IMG/VR virus record: IMGVR_UViG_3300045988_102022 | DNA length: 63,947 bases | Origin: a virus | Strand: one strand, 5' to 3' | Shown: in pieces, positions 49,015 to 58,434 of the stretch | Layout: each line of letters begins with the position of its first letter | Numbering within the stretch: the first letter of the stretch is position 1 | The notes under the pieces: generated by a model | Database searches by the model: none | Seen by the model: the letters and a program-made list of their open reading frames with translations, nothing else | Told to the model about the DNA's origin: nothing | Made by a program: the position numbers and the translations under genes

Positions 49015-49515
49015 TCACCACTCCAATTTCGGCAGCTCTGCCAGCAACTCACTGATGGTCGGAATATCTCTGCTTCCGCTTACAACCTGGGCTACTACAT
49101 CATAACAATGACGCCATACCTTATCGCGCCACTCCTTTGCTGCTTTGCCCTCAGCGGCAAATTTCGCGTCTGTGCTATCAGCGTAGGTGCACGCGCTGAC
49201 AATGTTGTCATAGCCGCGCTCTTGTACCTTGCCGTCCATCCATTTTTGGACAGATGCTGTAAACTGCTTTGTAAGCTGCTCCGTCTGTTCCTGCTCGCCC
49301 TGCTGCCAATACCAGCTAAAATTAGCCTCGATGCTATGCGCCAAGCCGTCAAAATTGCGACGGCGAAAGCTCAAAACATTAGCAGTGATATGTAGGTTAT
49401 TATCGCTATCGTATTCCTCGATAGGATTTCTATACAACGTAATTTGTACTTCGCCGTTTGCCGACGGAGTAAGTTCATAGCTTTTCTCTGGCACGCTAGT
49501 AACGCCTATTCGCAT
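49015..49515 (-). CDS. Tail fibre assembly/chaperone-like protein
   Basis: 166 aa immediately after the large fibre gene; ..KVQERGYDNIVSACTYADS..AAKEWRDKVW.. resembles DUF4376-type proteins. Confidence 0.4.
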   Translation of the reverse strand: MRIGVTSVPEKSYELTPSANGEVQITLYRNPIEEYDSDNNLHITANVLSFRRRNFDGLAHSIEANFSWYWQQGEQEQTEQLTKQFTASVQKWMDGKVQERGYDNIVSACTYADSTDAKFAAEGKAAKEWRDKVWRHCYDVVAQVVSGSRDIPTISELLAELPKLEW

Positions 49516-49538
49516 ATCTTTTCAGCTCCTTTCTACCT

Positions 49539-51824
49539 TTAAGATTGAGGACGGAATACGCCGAACGCCCCACAATAGAACCTAGCGTTCCCGAGCCTGC
49601 TGTTGAGATAAACATAGAAGGGGCCAGCATCGTGGCTGCTGCTGAGCGCGCCACCAAACTGCACAATTTTCAAATCCGCATCGCTGTTAATGTAGAAATA
49701 ATCTCCTACGGGTTTAGAAGAATTGCTGCCTACAGTTTTAGGGATACTGATTAGCGGATAACTGTTGCTATAAGACAGCTCGTTAACGTAGCCGGAAGTC
49801 GGTGAAAAATCTATGTCGAATTTAATCCAGCCTTTAGCCAGCGCATCTTCTACGCTTGACGGCCACGCAGGAGCGGTCAAGGGAGCAGGGTTAACATATA
49901 GTCCCATGCCTTGCCTAAAAGCACCACCTAAGAGCTTCCAATCATTGGCGTAGAAGTTTTCGATTCCCAGCGTCAGCACCGACTTTCTACCATTCGTGCC
50001 GCCACTGATTTCGCCGTCCAAGCCGAGAACTGTGTCGCAGCCGCCGGAATAGCTCACTGCGCGATAAAAACCGCTAGCGCCTGCCACTGTTTTAAAAGCC
50101 GGACCGTCGACGTTGATTGCCTTATTGCTCTCGTCATAGTCGGTGATGGACAGAATCTTGCGTGTGTAGATACCTGCGCTCATACTCGTGCTGCTAAAAT
50201 AAATCGCATCGCCAGCGGTAAAATCTTTAGCAGTGTCATTGGCTACGATGATAGATGACGCACTATCTTGTGATACTGTACAACATTTTTCTTTCGCAAG
50301 GTAACCCCTCATTACGCCATTGCCTACAACTGATTGCCAATTTCTGTCAGCGTATTTAATGCAGCCAAGATGCTGCAACCAGGTCACATCAGCAAAGTTC
50401 ATCGCGTGAATGCCTGCGCCACGTGCAACAGATTTTGTTTCAAAGTCTTGCCAATTAATAGATACGCGCTTAGGTTTGCCAGCGCGGGAACAGATACCGC
50501 CGCTGCCGTTGTCGCACCAGCCATATTTAGTTATGCCCACAACATTGTATTCCGTGTTTTCAACAAAATGCAGCGGTGACGGGACGTATCCAGATAGCTT
50601 TTTGTCTGAGATGTAACGATACTCGTTGCCTTCGCCGTCAATGTATCTGCGGCCGTAGCCTTTGGGGAACATGACAAACACGTCAGCGTCGTATTCATCA
50701 TCATCTTTGTACTTCTCAAATTCATATGAGCCTTCTGTAGCTACAATCTTTCCACCTTTAACTAAGGCTTCATAAGTATTGTAGCAATTAAATTTTGTTG
50801 GAAAGTCATCTCTGCCTGCTATAAGGTCAGTAGATTTTTCCCATATCATGCTTTCCGCCATATCAAGCCTGGCGCCTGCTGATTCTGTAGGCGTAAATTT
50901 AACACCAGCAGTATAACGCCCGGAATTTTCTACAACATTCGCCGCATATTCGGCAGCTCTATTTGCTTCCATCTCGGCGGCCGCTCGTGCTGTTTCTGAT
51001 TGTTCCGCGCTGTTAGATGCTTCTCCCGCTTTCTGCGTTGCAAGGGTGGCAGATTCGGCAGCCCGCGCGGCAGACGAGGCGGCTTGTTCTGCTAAATCAC
51101 TAGTTTGCTGTTCACTGTTGGCAGCATTGCTTTCGCTATTCGCAGCTGCTTTTTGTGCGTTTTGCGCCTCGGTAATAAGCTTACCCATGGCCTGTAATGC
51201 GCTGTCAGTGATTGTCTGCGTGTCAGCCTTGCTTGCCTCTGCATCATCAGCATAACCTCTTGCAGCATCTTCACTAGTTTTGCTGTTGGCTTCACTCTGA
51301 GCCGCCGCCTCTTTACTAGTCTCAGCAGCCTTTTCGCTCGCCTTAGCGTTCTTTTCAGACTGTAACGCTGCTGCCGCACTGTCTGCTGCTTCCTGCGCGC
51401 TCTGAGCGGCGTTAGCTTCGCTCTCAGAAGTTTTTAAACTTTCATCGCGTACCTTGCCAAGAACTTCTTCCAGATAAGTCGGCGTTAATCGTTCTTCGTC
51501 AGGATTGTCAAAAGCTCGACCGGAGATAAGTAACAATTTGTCTTCTGCTGTTGCCGTTATATTCTTACCGTTGTTTCGTCCAACAACTGACATAATAACT
51601 TCGCCTTGATCAGAAATGCATTGTGCAGGAATGATACATTTGTTATCTTGGATATACATTTCGTAGGTATTTCGCCCATCCTTAAATAATGCCCATTTTT
51701 CAAGTTCGGTCCAGTCAGAAGACTGAAAATCAAATAAACATTCAATAAAATTATTAGTTCCACACACAATTTTATTGCTGCTTAAAGTAAGGCGTTGTGT
51801 TTTTATAATAATTTTAATTTGCAT
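49539..51824 (-). CDS. Tail fibre / receptor-binding protein
   Basis: 761 aa; Ala/Glu/Ser-rich coiled coil (SEANAAQSAQEAADSAAAALQSEKNAKASEKAAE...) followed by a large C-terminal globular part. Confidence 0.7.
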   Translation of the reverse strand: MQIKIIIKTQRLTLSSNKIVCGTNNFIECLFDFQSSDWTELEKWALFKDGRNTYEMYIQDNKCIIPAQCISDQGEVIMSVVGRNNGKNITATAEDKLLLISGRAFDNPDEERLTPTYLEEVLGKVRDESLKTSESEANAAQSAQEAADSAAAALQSEKNAKASEKAAETSKEAAAQSEANSKTSEDAARGYADDAEASKADTQTITDSALQAMGKLITEAQNAQKAAANSESNAANSEQQTSDLAEQAASSAARAAESATLATQKAGEASNSAEQSETARAAAEMEANRAAEYAANVVENSGRYTAGVKFTPTESAGARLDMAESMIWEKSTDLIAGRDDFPTKFNCYNTYEALVKGGKIVATEGSYEFEKYKDDDEYDADVFVMFPKGYGRRYIDGEGNEYRYISDKKLSGYVPSPLHFVENTEYNVVGITKYGWCDNGSGGICSRAGKPKRVSINWQDFETKSVARGAGIHAMNFADVTWLQHLGCIKYADRNWQSVVGNGVMRGYLAKEKCCTVSQDSASSIIVANDTAKDFTAGDAIYFSSTSMSAGIYTRKILSITDYDESNKAINVDGPAFKTVAGASGFYRAVSYSGGCDTVLGLDGEISGGTNGRKSVLTLGIENFYANDWKLLGGAFRQGMGLYVNPAPLTAPAWPSSVEDALAKGWIKFDIDFSPTSGYVNELSYSNSYPLISIPKTVGSNSSKPVGDYFYINSDADLKIVQFGGALSSSHDAGPFYVYLNSRLGNARFYCGAFGVFRPQS

Positions 51825-51836
51825 TGTTTTAACCTC

Positions 51837-52415
51837 TTACAATTCTATGTTGTCGAGTTCAAAAACTGTTTTGCAAGCATCTACTTCTGCCTGCTTTGCC
51901 CAGCCTGCTTGTTTGCAGGTGCCGATATGCATCGACAAATCCGCCATCCACTGCATAACCTGTTCGGGCGTGAGCCAATATACAGTTTTGCTTTCTGCAT
52001 CCTCAGCCACGCCACGCACAGGGCAGCCGTAAGGATACTTTGCAGCAAAAAGCGGCGTGCTGACATTGAGGGCTATACCTTGCATCGTAAGCTGCGTTTC
52101 CTTGTCGCTGTCATAGCGTACAGCCTCGCCGCTGGCACTGCTAACAAAGCCGCCTGTAATGTTGCTTGCTGTCCACTCGTTAATCTCTTTCAGTTTAAGT
52201 TTCTTTTGAAACGCTAAAACAAGCTCCTCATCATCTTTAGGAAAAACAACATCACCGTTTTCATTAAGGGCTAAATCAGTAGGAGTAGCAGAAGAACTAA
52301 TATTTTTAATAACATACTCGTCAACACCGTTATCCATGCCTGCAATGTAGTTTTTTAAAGAATCTTCGGAAGCACTAATAGCAATACCTTTTTTGTTTTT
52401 AAACAGATAAAACAT
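51837..52415 (-). CDS. Tail fibre assembly-like protein
   Basis: 192 aa in the fibre block. Confidence 0.35.
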   Translation of the reverse strand: MFYLFKNKKGIAISASEDSLKNYIAGMDNGVDEYVIKNISSSATPTDLALNENGDVVFPKDDEELVLAFQKKLKLKEINEWTASNITGGFVSSASGEAVRYDSDKETQLTMQGIALNVSTPLFAAKYPYGCPVRGVAEDAESKTVYWLTPEQVMQWMADLSMHIGTCKQAGWAKQAEVDACKTVFELDNIEL

Positions 52416-52428
52416 TTATTTCACCTCC

Positions 52429-53013
52429 TCAATACTTAACGCCATAAATTTCAATGATAGAGCTGTTTTGTTCGTCTATATACCAAGTTGTATCAGTAGA
52501 TAGTAAATGAGTGCCTGTACCAGATTGCACTCCACTAAGCACAATCCAATAAGTGCTATTAGATAGATTAAGTCGAAAACTGTACCCTTCTGAAAATGCT
52601 TTTTGTAATTCCCAAACATCATACAACTCATACTGACAGTAATATCCATTATCGTCACTACCAACCAACAAAATCTTATCATATAGCGTATAAGATTCTT
52701 TAAGCATTATTGTGCCTTTTCTACTGTCACTTCCACCCGATGTTGTCGGGAAAGAAGCATCACCACCATAGGCTTTAATGCCTCTAGAAGTATTATTAAT
52801 GTTCCTTACATCCGTACCGCCATTTCTTGTCTTCATCGTGTCCCAATCAATCAACGCTACAAGGGTAGGTGTAGTATTTCCTGACAGTTTATCTAACAAA
52901 TCTGTTTTTACAAAAGCAAAATCATCACTCCCTACACTAGAGATATTTTTATTGAAGCTGTTATAACTAGGGAATACATGAATTTTCTCTAGTTTACCTG
53001 TTGTACTTGCCAT
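52429..53013 (-). CDS. Hypothetical fibre-module protein
   Basis: 194 aa; AAGGGGG SD. Confidence 0.45.
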   Translation of the reverse strand: MASTTGKLEKIHVFPSYNSFNKNISSVGSDDFAFVKTDLLDKLSGNTTPTLVALIDWDTMKTRNGGTDVRNINNTSRGIKAYGGDASFPTTSGGSDSRKGTIMLKESYTLYDKILLVGSDDNGYYCQYELYDVWELQKAFSEGYSFRLNLSNSTYWIVLSGVQSGTGTHLLSTDTTWYIDEQNSSIIEIYGVKY

Positions 53014-53024
53014 TTTTTACCCCC

Positions 53025-54185
53025 TTATTTATTTACTGTAGATATATATGGTGTTGCTCCGCCGTATTCAATAATAACAAAACCTTGTGTTCCGTCGCTT
53101 ACTCTAAAACGTCCTGCACGGCCGCCGTCATTACTATAAAAGGTGTTTTTACCTCCTGCACCTACAACAATCTGAATCGTGCTGTTTGGAATTACTTCAA
53201 CTTCTGCATCAGCAACATAAGCACCGCTATTTCCTGCAACACCAATTTGATTAGAAGTTCCATCAGTATCAAAGAAGTGAAACGAACCGCCACCTGCACC
53301 ATAGATGTTAAACGATTCAAACGTTCCTGTAGATGCATAGGTTACGCTATCTTTAGTTCCAAGCACATTAGCATAGTAATATCCAACCTTACCCATTACG
53401 TCTGCTAAAGTAGCAATACCATTCTTGTTAAGCGGAAAACCGTATCCATTTACGGAAAAATCTCTATTTCTAGTGGTAACATATTCCCCTCTTACGCCGT
53501 TTTTAGAAGCAGCAGGCTGATTAACAGTCATTACATTACCACTTCTTAAAGTAGCAGTTGCACCTTGTCCACCGGGAATAACATAACTGCCAACTTTCGT
53601 ATCTCCGCCGTTTCCTGCTTGCATATCCAACGTGGGGCAGGAATTATAAGCACCAACAGTAATACCGCCTGCTCCACCACCACAACCAGTAACATATATT
53701 TTTGTAACGCCAGCAGGAATTCTTAAACTGTATGTGCCTACGGTTTTATATATAAGCCTGGTACGCTTCAACGTAACTACATCTTTATACATCAGATACT
53801 TCGAGCCATCTTTTTTTCGCATCTCAAAAACAGTTTTCGGAATGCTACTAATTTTTCGGGAATACTTATCTTTATCAACCTTATAAGATAAAATGCAAAA
53901 TCCGTCTACACCGTTACCGCCTGTACTGCCTTGCGTAGAACTCGACTTACCAACAGGAGAACCACTATCAGCATAGTTGGATGTATTACTCGCATTATAA
54001 ATTCCACCTCTGGCAGTTACACCTAATGCAGAAGAATCCTCTCCTGTTGTACCATAAACATAGTTAGAATTATTGGCTGTTACACCCTTGCCACCTTTTC
54101 CACCAGCACCAATAGTAATAGTGTACTGTGTTCCAGGTATAACACTAATAACTCTTGTTACACGTTCTCCATAACCTATAGTCAT
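53025..54185 (-). CDS. Glycine-rich fibre-like protein (one partial plus one complete glycine-rich domain)
   Basis: Start set at the ATG at 54185 (AGAGGTGA SD, 2 nt after the rSAM stop); IGAGGKGGKG, GCGGGAGG, GAGGGSF, GAGGKN motifs; ends GFVIIEYGG. Confidence 0.6.
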   Translation of the reverse strand: MTIGYGERVTRVISVIPGTQYTITIGAGGKGGKGVTANNSNYVYGTTGEDSSALGVTARGGIYNASNTSNYADSGSPVGKSSSTQGSTGGNGVDGFCILSYKVDKDKYSRKISSIPKTVFEMRKKDGSKYLMYKDVVTLKRTRLIYKTVGTYSLRIPAGVTKIYVTGCGGGAGGITVGAYNSCPTLDMQAGNGGDTKVGSYVIPGGQGATATLRSGNVMTVNQPAASKNGVRGEYVTTRNRDFSVNGYGFPLNKNGIATLADVMGKVGYYYANVLGTKDSVTYASTGTFESFNIYGAGGGSFHFFDTDGTSNQIGVAGNSGAYVADAEVEVIPNSTIQIVVGAGGKNTFYSNDGGRAGRFRVSDGTQGFVIIEYGGATPYISTVNK

Positions 54186-54187
54186 TT

Positions 54188-55252
54188 CTACATCACCTCT
54201 TTTATTGCTCCCCAAAATTCTCGCAAGTAATCACAATAACATAATTCACCATCTTTCTGCACTGCAATGGGACAAATGCAACGGCAAATATCCAAATGCT
54301 CGCAAGTTTTGCATTTAACAGGCAGAAGTTCCTCAAAAATTTTTCTATGTTTTTCTTGCAACTTCATAAAGTTATCTGTAATATAACCCACAATTCTATC
54401 AGTATTGTGACACAGCATAACTTCTCCATTAAAATTAACGCTAAGGCTTACAATGGCAGGACGGCAAGGCGGATAAGGATATTCATAAAATTCTTCTTTA
54501 TCAAAATTCCTTACACGCAAAATTTTTGAGTAAAACCAATGTCGAATATAAGGAGCAATTTTACTATCAGAATTTGCAGTTAACCACAAATTCTTAACCG
54601 CTTTTTTTACTGCACTAGGTTCAAATTGATATAGGTCAAGAGGCGTATGCTCACTCAGCACATTGATAAAACCGCAAGTAATTTCTGTTCCAGGAAACGT
54701 ATAATGTAGCCAGTCGAAAGCTTCTACCATATCATCATTAATAGCATTGAAAACAGTATTAACCGTTCTTTTTCTTATACGTAAAAACTTCTTGCAAGCT
54801 TCTTTACTAGGTACTGCATTTCTCGCCGCTCTTGCATTTGGTGCATCATAGCTCATGACAAACCAAATATCATTCTCGTTACAAAAGTCAACTATTTCAT
54901 CATTTAAAAGCAATCCGTTGCTAAAAATTCTATAACTAACATTCTTCACGCCGATTTTCTTAAATTCAAGCACAAGCTTCTTAATGGTTTCCCAATAAAG
55001 CAAAGGTTCTCCACCCCAAAAATATAATCGGCGCGGATTATTTTCAGCGTATTTCCAAGGCAGGTTACTCCACGCAACTATAAAGTCTTTAACCTCTTGC
55101 GATAAGTTTTCCCCTTGCGGAGAAAGGTTAAAGCAGCTTTTTATAGGGGTCTGAACGCAATGCCTACATGACATATTACAGGCAGCACCAAGAAGAAGGT
55201 AAATAGCTCCAAGGTCATTAAGCTTATGTATTTCTTCACTAAAGTTTTTCAT
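54188..55252 (-). CDS. Radical SAM / SPASM-domain maturase
   Basis: Start set at the ATG at 55252; GAACNMSCRHC (CX3CX2C), GGEPLL, SPASM pattern C-x12-G-x4-C ... C-x2-C-x5-C-x3-C ... C. Confidence 0.85.
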   Translation of the reverse strand: MKNFSEEIHKLNDLGAIYLLLGAACNMSCRHCVQTPIKSCFNLSPQGENLSQEVKDFIVAWSNLPWKYAENNPRRLYFWGGEPLLYWETIKKLVLEFKKIGVKNVSYRIFSNGLLLNDEIVDFCNENDIWFVMSYDAPNARAARNAVPSKEACKKFLRIRKRTVNTVFNAINDDMVEAFDWLHYTFPGTEITCGFINVLSEHTPLDLYQFEPSAVKKAVKNLWLTANSDSKIAPYIRHWFYSKILRVRNFDKEEFYEYPYPPCRPAIVSLSVNFNGEVMLCHNTDRIVGYITDNFMKLQEKHRKIFEELLPVKCKTCEHLDICRCICPIAVQKDGELCYCDYLREFWGAIKEVM

Positions 55253-55259
55253 GATCGTT

Positions 55260-55448
55260 TTAGTTACCTTCACCGCCGCTTCCTTCGCCAGCGCTACCGC
55301 TACTACCGCTATTATTGTAGTTTCTTCCGCGACCACCAGCTCCTGCCCCCGAAATTTCTACTGTAATTTCAGTAACACCTTCGGGAACAGTAAATGTATG
55401 CGTCCCTGCTGTGCTCCATGATGTAATTACATCTACCTTATTATCCAT
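55260..55448 (-). CDS. 62-aa glycine-rich peptide (candidate rSAM substrate, or N-terminal fragment of a split glycine-rich domain)
   Basis: Own SD (AGAGG 6 nt upstream); stops 7 nt before the rSAM ATG; THTFTVPEGVTEITVEISGAGAGG + RGRNYNNSGSSGSAGEGSGGEGN. Confidence 0.55.
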   Translation of the reverse strand: MDNKVDVITSWSTAGTHTFTVPEGVTEITVEISGAGAGGRGRNYNNSGSSGSAGEGSGGEGN

Positions 55449-55458
55449 AAGCTACCTC

Positions 55459-55881
55459 TCATTCTGTATAGGTAATCATTGTTACACCTATACTATCTAT
55501 TCCAAGATTTTTTCTTGCGGCTTCGGCAGTTGTAGCTCCTGTGCCGCCATTAGCAATAGGCAATGCGCCGCTCGTGTTGCCTAAACCCAAAACATTGCGA
55601 ATACCGGCAACAGTTGTTTGCCCAGTGCCACCACCAGCAATAGGAAGAACCTTAAATGTTGCATCGCCGCACAATGCCATATCCTGCTTTCCTGCCGCTG
55701 GAATAGGAACAAGTCCTGCTTTGCCAGCGGCGTTAGATGTTGCCCCTTCCATATTAGCAATATTGACATTGCCTTTAGAATCGGGTTTTGCGCCATTAAC
55801 CGAACGAACAAATTTTGCTTTTATTTGTCCTAAAAAATAGCTTAATCCGTCAAGATCAATTAATTTTTGCAAGTTAGCCAT
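55459..55881 (-). CDS. Tail fibre N-terminal (baseplate-attachment) protein
   Basis: MANLQKLIDLDGLSYFLGQIKAKF and PIANGGTGATTAEAARKNLG motifs are common at phage fibre N-termini. Confidence 0.55.
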   Translation of the reverse strand: MANLQKLIDLDGLSYFLGQIKAKFVRSVNGAKPDSKGNVNIANMEGATSNAAGKAGLVPIPAAGKQDMALCGDATFKVLPIAGGGTGQTTVAGIRNVLGLGNTSGALPIANGGTGATTAEAARKNLGIDSIGVTMITYTE

Positions 55882-56330
55882 TATGCCAGCTCCTTTGTAA
55901 TCAAATTCTGAATTTCAGTTTCGGTTGCCGTCTTTAATTTGTACGCTCTCGGAATAACCTCCCATGTCACTGAGCCATCAGTATAAGTTGCTCCGAGCAC
56001 AGCTTCTCGAAAATCTGCCTCACTCACAGCTGTATCGCCACCAACAGTACATGCTAACACAAGACTTTTAGGCAAGTTGGGTGACAATACGATATCGCCA
56101 TTAACATAAGATGTATTGTTTTTACGAATGTTTAAGCTGTTAAAAAGGTACTGACTTTTTAAATCACTCCCATTCTGTAATTTGTTAAAGTATTCAAGCG
56201 GCGGTGCTTCTCCTTTGTCAAGATAGCCCCAACCACGCAGGTAATCAAGCTCAGGCCAAGAATCAATCATCTCACCAATGCTTGCGCTACTACCAAAAAT
56301 CAAATCAAAAGTAGGCTGTTTCATTACCAT
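55881..56330 (-). CDS. Baseplate/fibre connector protein
   Basis: 149 aa between the baseplate and fibre genes. Confidence 0.4.
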   Translation of the reverse strand: MVMKQPTFDLIFGSSASIGEMIDSWPELDYLRGWGYLDKGEAPPLEYFNKLQNGSDLKSQYLFNSLNIRKNNTSYVNGDIVLSPNLPKSLVLACTVGGDTAVSEADFREAVLGATYTDGSVTWEVIPRAYKLKTATETEIQNLITKELA

Positions 56331-57022
56331 TATTCAACAAGTCCCCCTTTCACTTTAATAATCCTTGCGAATGTCCCCTGGTTGAATCCTTTAAAATTAT
56401 AGGGATTTTCTCCGCTTCTGCTAAAGCCGAACGTATTTGCAGCATCAAAAGAATAAACATAGATAATGCCGATGCCAGCTCCGCGAATAATAAGATTTAG
56501 TGCGTCTATTAGACGGCTTTCTTTGCTGGTTACCAAACGTCCTATTCCTATGCGCATTTTAGCATTTCCGGCATTCACAGCGGAAACACGTGCAACATTA
56601 AAAACTTTTTTTATGCTATGTATGGTACTAACACGAGAACAGTCTGTAGTGTTCTTTTCAATCTTCGAGATAACAGCAAGTCGGTAATAACTGTCGTTTA
56701 AATCGCTGGATGTAAGATAATTATCATACATACGTCTAAACGGAGCTTGTCCGAATCCCATGTTGCCATGATCGGGAAAACCAAAAAAATCCATTGCAAT
56801 AGCATTTTCAACACGGCGAGAAATATCAGCGACTTCACCGCACATATCAAGCTGCTTGCCAACTGCCGTATCTGGCCATATTTGTGTCCGTATCTGCTCC
56901 CTTGCTTTATCTATGCTGTCGAGTTCGTTTCCGACGGCATTAAGAAAAGCTTTAATGTTGGGTTTGTTACGAAACTGACTTAACAAATGATTATACATTC
57001 TTTCGCTTGTAGTCATAATCAT
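56330..57022 (-). CDS. Baseplate protein (P2 gpI / DUF2612-like position)
   Basis: 230 aa directly after the J-like gene. Confidence 0.45.
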   Translation of the reverse strand: MIMTTSERMYNHLLSQFRNKPNIKAFLNAVGNELDSIDKAREQIRTQIWPDTAVGKQLDMCGEVADISRRVENAIAMDFFGFPDHGNMGFGQAPFRRMYDNYLTSSDLNDSYYRLAVISKIEKNTTDCSRVSTIHSIKKVFNVARVSAVNAGNAKMRIGIGRLVTSKESRLIDALNLIIRGAGIGIIYVYSFDAANTFGFSRSGENPYNFKGFNQGTFARIIKVKGGLVE

Positions 57023-58434
57023 AACTCCAAAGCTACAGTAACATTAGCAAGCTTTGTTACTGCCAGCTCATTACGTTCAATCGAAATGTTTTCCTGCTTA
57101 TACGTTTGACCATCTTTAGACACGCTACACTCAATATAGCTAATGCCGTCAACGCCGCTGTAAATAGGACCAAGCAAACGCTGATAAATAACATCATTGC
57201 CCATAGACAGCTTGCTAATCTGTTCGACAACGATATTTTTAATTTTATCGATTGCATCACCGGGTAAAATTTCTTCGTTATATTCTTTAATAATGACTTT
57301 GACATAAATCTGTACCTCATGCGGACGGCTAAAGCATACCTCTTGCTCTGCACCTTCGCTATCCTCAATGCGAACGCAAATATCACCATTTGTATCAATG
57401 CCTAAAGGCGCAACATTTAAAATGGTGCGAGCAATAGCTTCTTCATCGCCACCGAAAACAATAGCCTGGAAGGAGTGAGGTTTTAAGCCATCAACTGTTT
57501 CATCACTGCGGTTCTCATAGATGGTTACGCTTGTAACATCCTGCAATTCAAGCAACGCAGCTTTAATGCTTTCTTTCATGCCTATGCTGTTTCGGAATAC
57601 CGCAGACGCATAACGTTGACGCACTTCGGATGCTGTTTCATAATCACGTCCCACGTATGTTTCAGATTCGTTACTGACGGAAAACCAGCCGTCATAATTC
57701 GTGTTGATATAGTTAACGCTGTTCAGCAAAGGTTCTATTTCTCCGTATTTTTCGCAATCAAAGCGAATAGGACTGCCAACCTGTGTAACTGTGAACGATT
57801 CATTAGGTACAACCACAGCTCCATACCGCCTGTCAGAGCGTTCAAAAACCAGCTTGCCATTAACTACATTGCCCTGCCATTTTGAAACGCTCTGTGAAGC
57901 CAAGGCAACGGCAACAACAAGAGCCGTTTCTCCTGCTTTGGCTGTGTACTTAATAACTACATCATTGTCAAATTGCACGCTGTAAACCTTGCCTTGTGTA
58001 GGTGCAGCAACATCAAGCGTAACGTGTACGCAGTCATTAAGGGTAATGGTGCTTTCCTCGATAATATCCCACTTATAGCCGGATGTATCTTTAATCTGGC
58101 AGTTTGCAGGAAGAACCATGCCACTACGTCCATAACAAACAGCATAAAGGTAGCTTGCCTGAGCTTTCTTTCGTTGCACATTGGTGTATGCAAGTGTGTT
58201 ATCCAAACTGCCTTCGCTGGCACTAATAGGCGAGCGGTCATAATAATCACGCTCCAAAAGCTGCCACATCCTGTCAAGCTCTGCTGCATATACACCAACA
58301 AGAACGCCTATCATGCTGTTAGGTTGACGGCTGACTGTTGAGCCTAAATTTTGTTCCAAGCTTTTAAAAATATCTTCCCGAATCTCTGGCAGACGCTTTC
58401 TGACAAAACCGTTAACCGTTACTCCGTACTCCAT
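57019..58434 (-). CDS. Baseplate J-like wedge protein
   Basis: 471 aa, position after the W/gp25-like gene. Confidence 0.55.
   Translation of the reverse strand: MEYGVTVNGFVRKRLPEIREDIFKSLEQNLGSTVSRQPNSMIGVLVGVYAAELDRMWQLLERDYYDRSPISASEGSLDNTLAYTNVQRKKAQASYLYAVCYGRSGMVLPANCQIKDTSGYKWDIIEESTITLNDCVHVTLDVAAPTQGKVYSVQFDNDVVIKYTAKAGETALVVAVALASQSVSKWQGNVVNGKLVFERSDRRYGAVVVPNESFTVTQVGSPIRFDCEKYGEIEPLLNSVNYINTNYDGWFSVSNESETYVGRDYETASEVRQRYASAVFRNSIGMKESIKAALLELQDVTSVTIYENRSDETVDGLKPHSFQAIVFGGDEEAIARTILNVAPLGIDTNGDICVRIEDSEGAEQEVCFSRPHEVQIYVKVIIKEYNEEILPGDAIDKIKNIVVEQISKLSMGNDVIYQRLLGPIYSGVDGISYIECSVSKDGQTYKQENISIERNELAVTKLANVTVALEL

Noticed and set aside
55260-55881. Possible frameshift joining the fibre N-terminal ORF (55459..55881) to the 62-aa ORF
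   Set aside because: The 62-aa ORF has its own well-spaced SD and ATG. I found no slippery sequence in the 10-nt gap. The frames differ, but nothing supports recoding.
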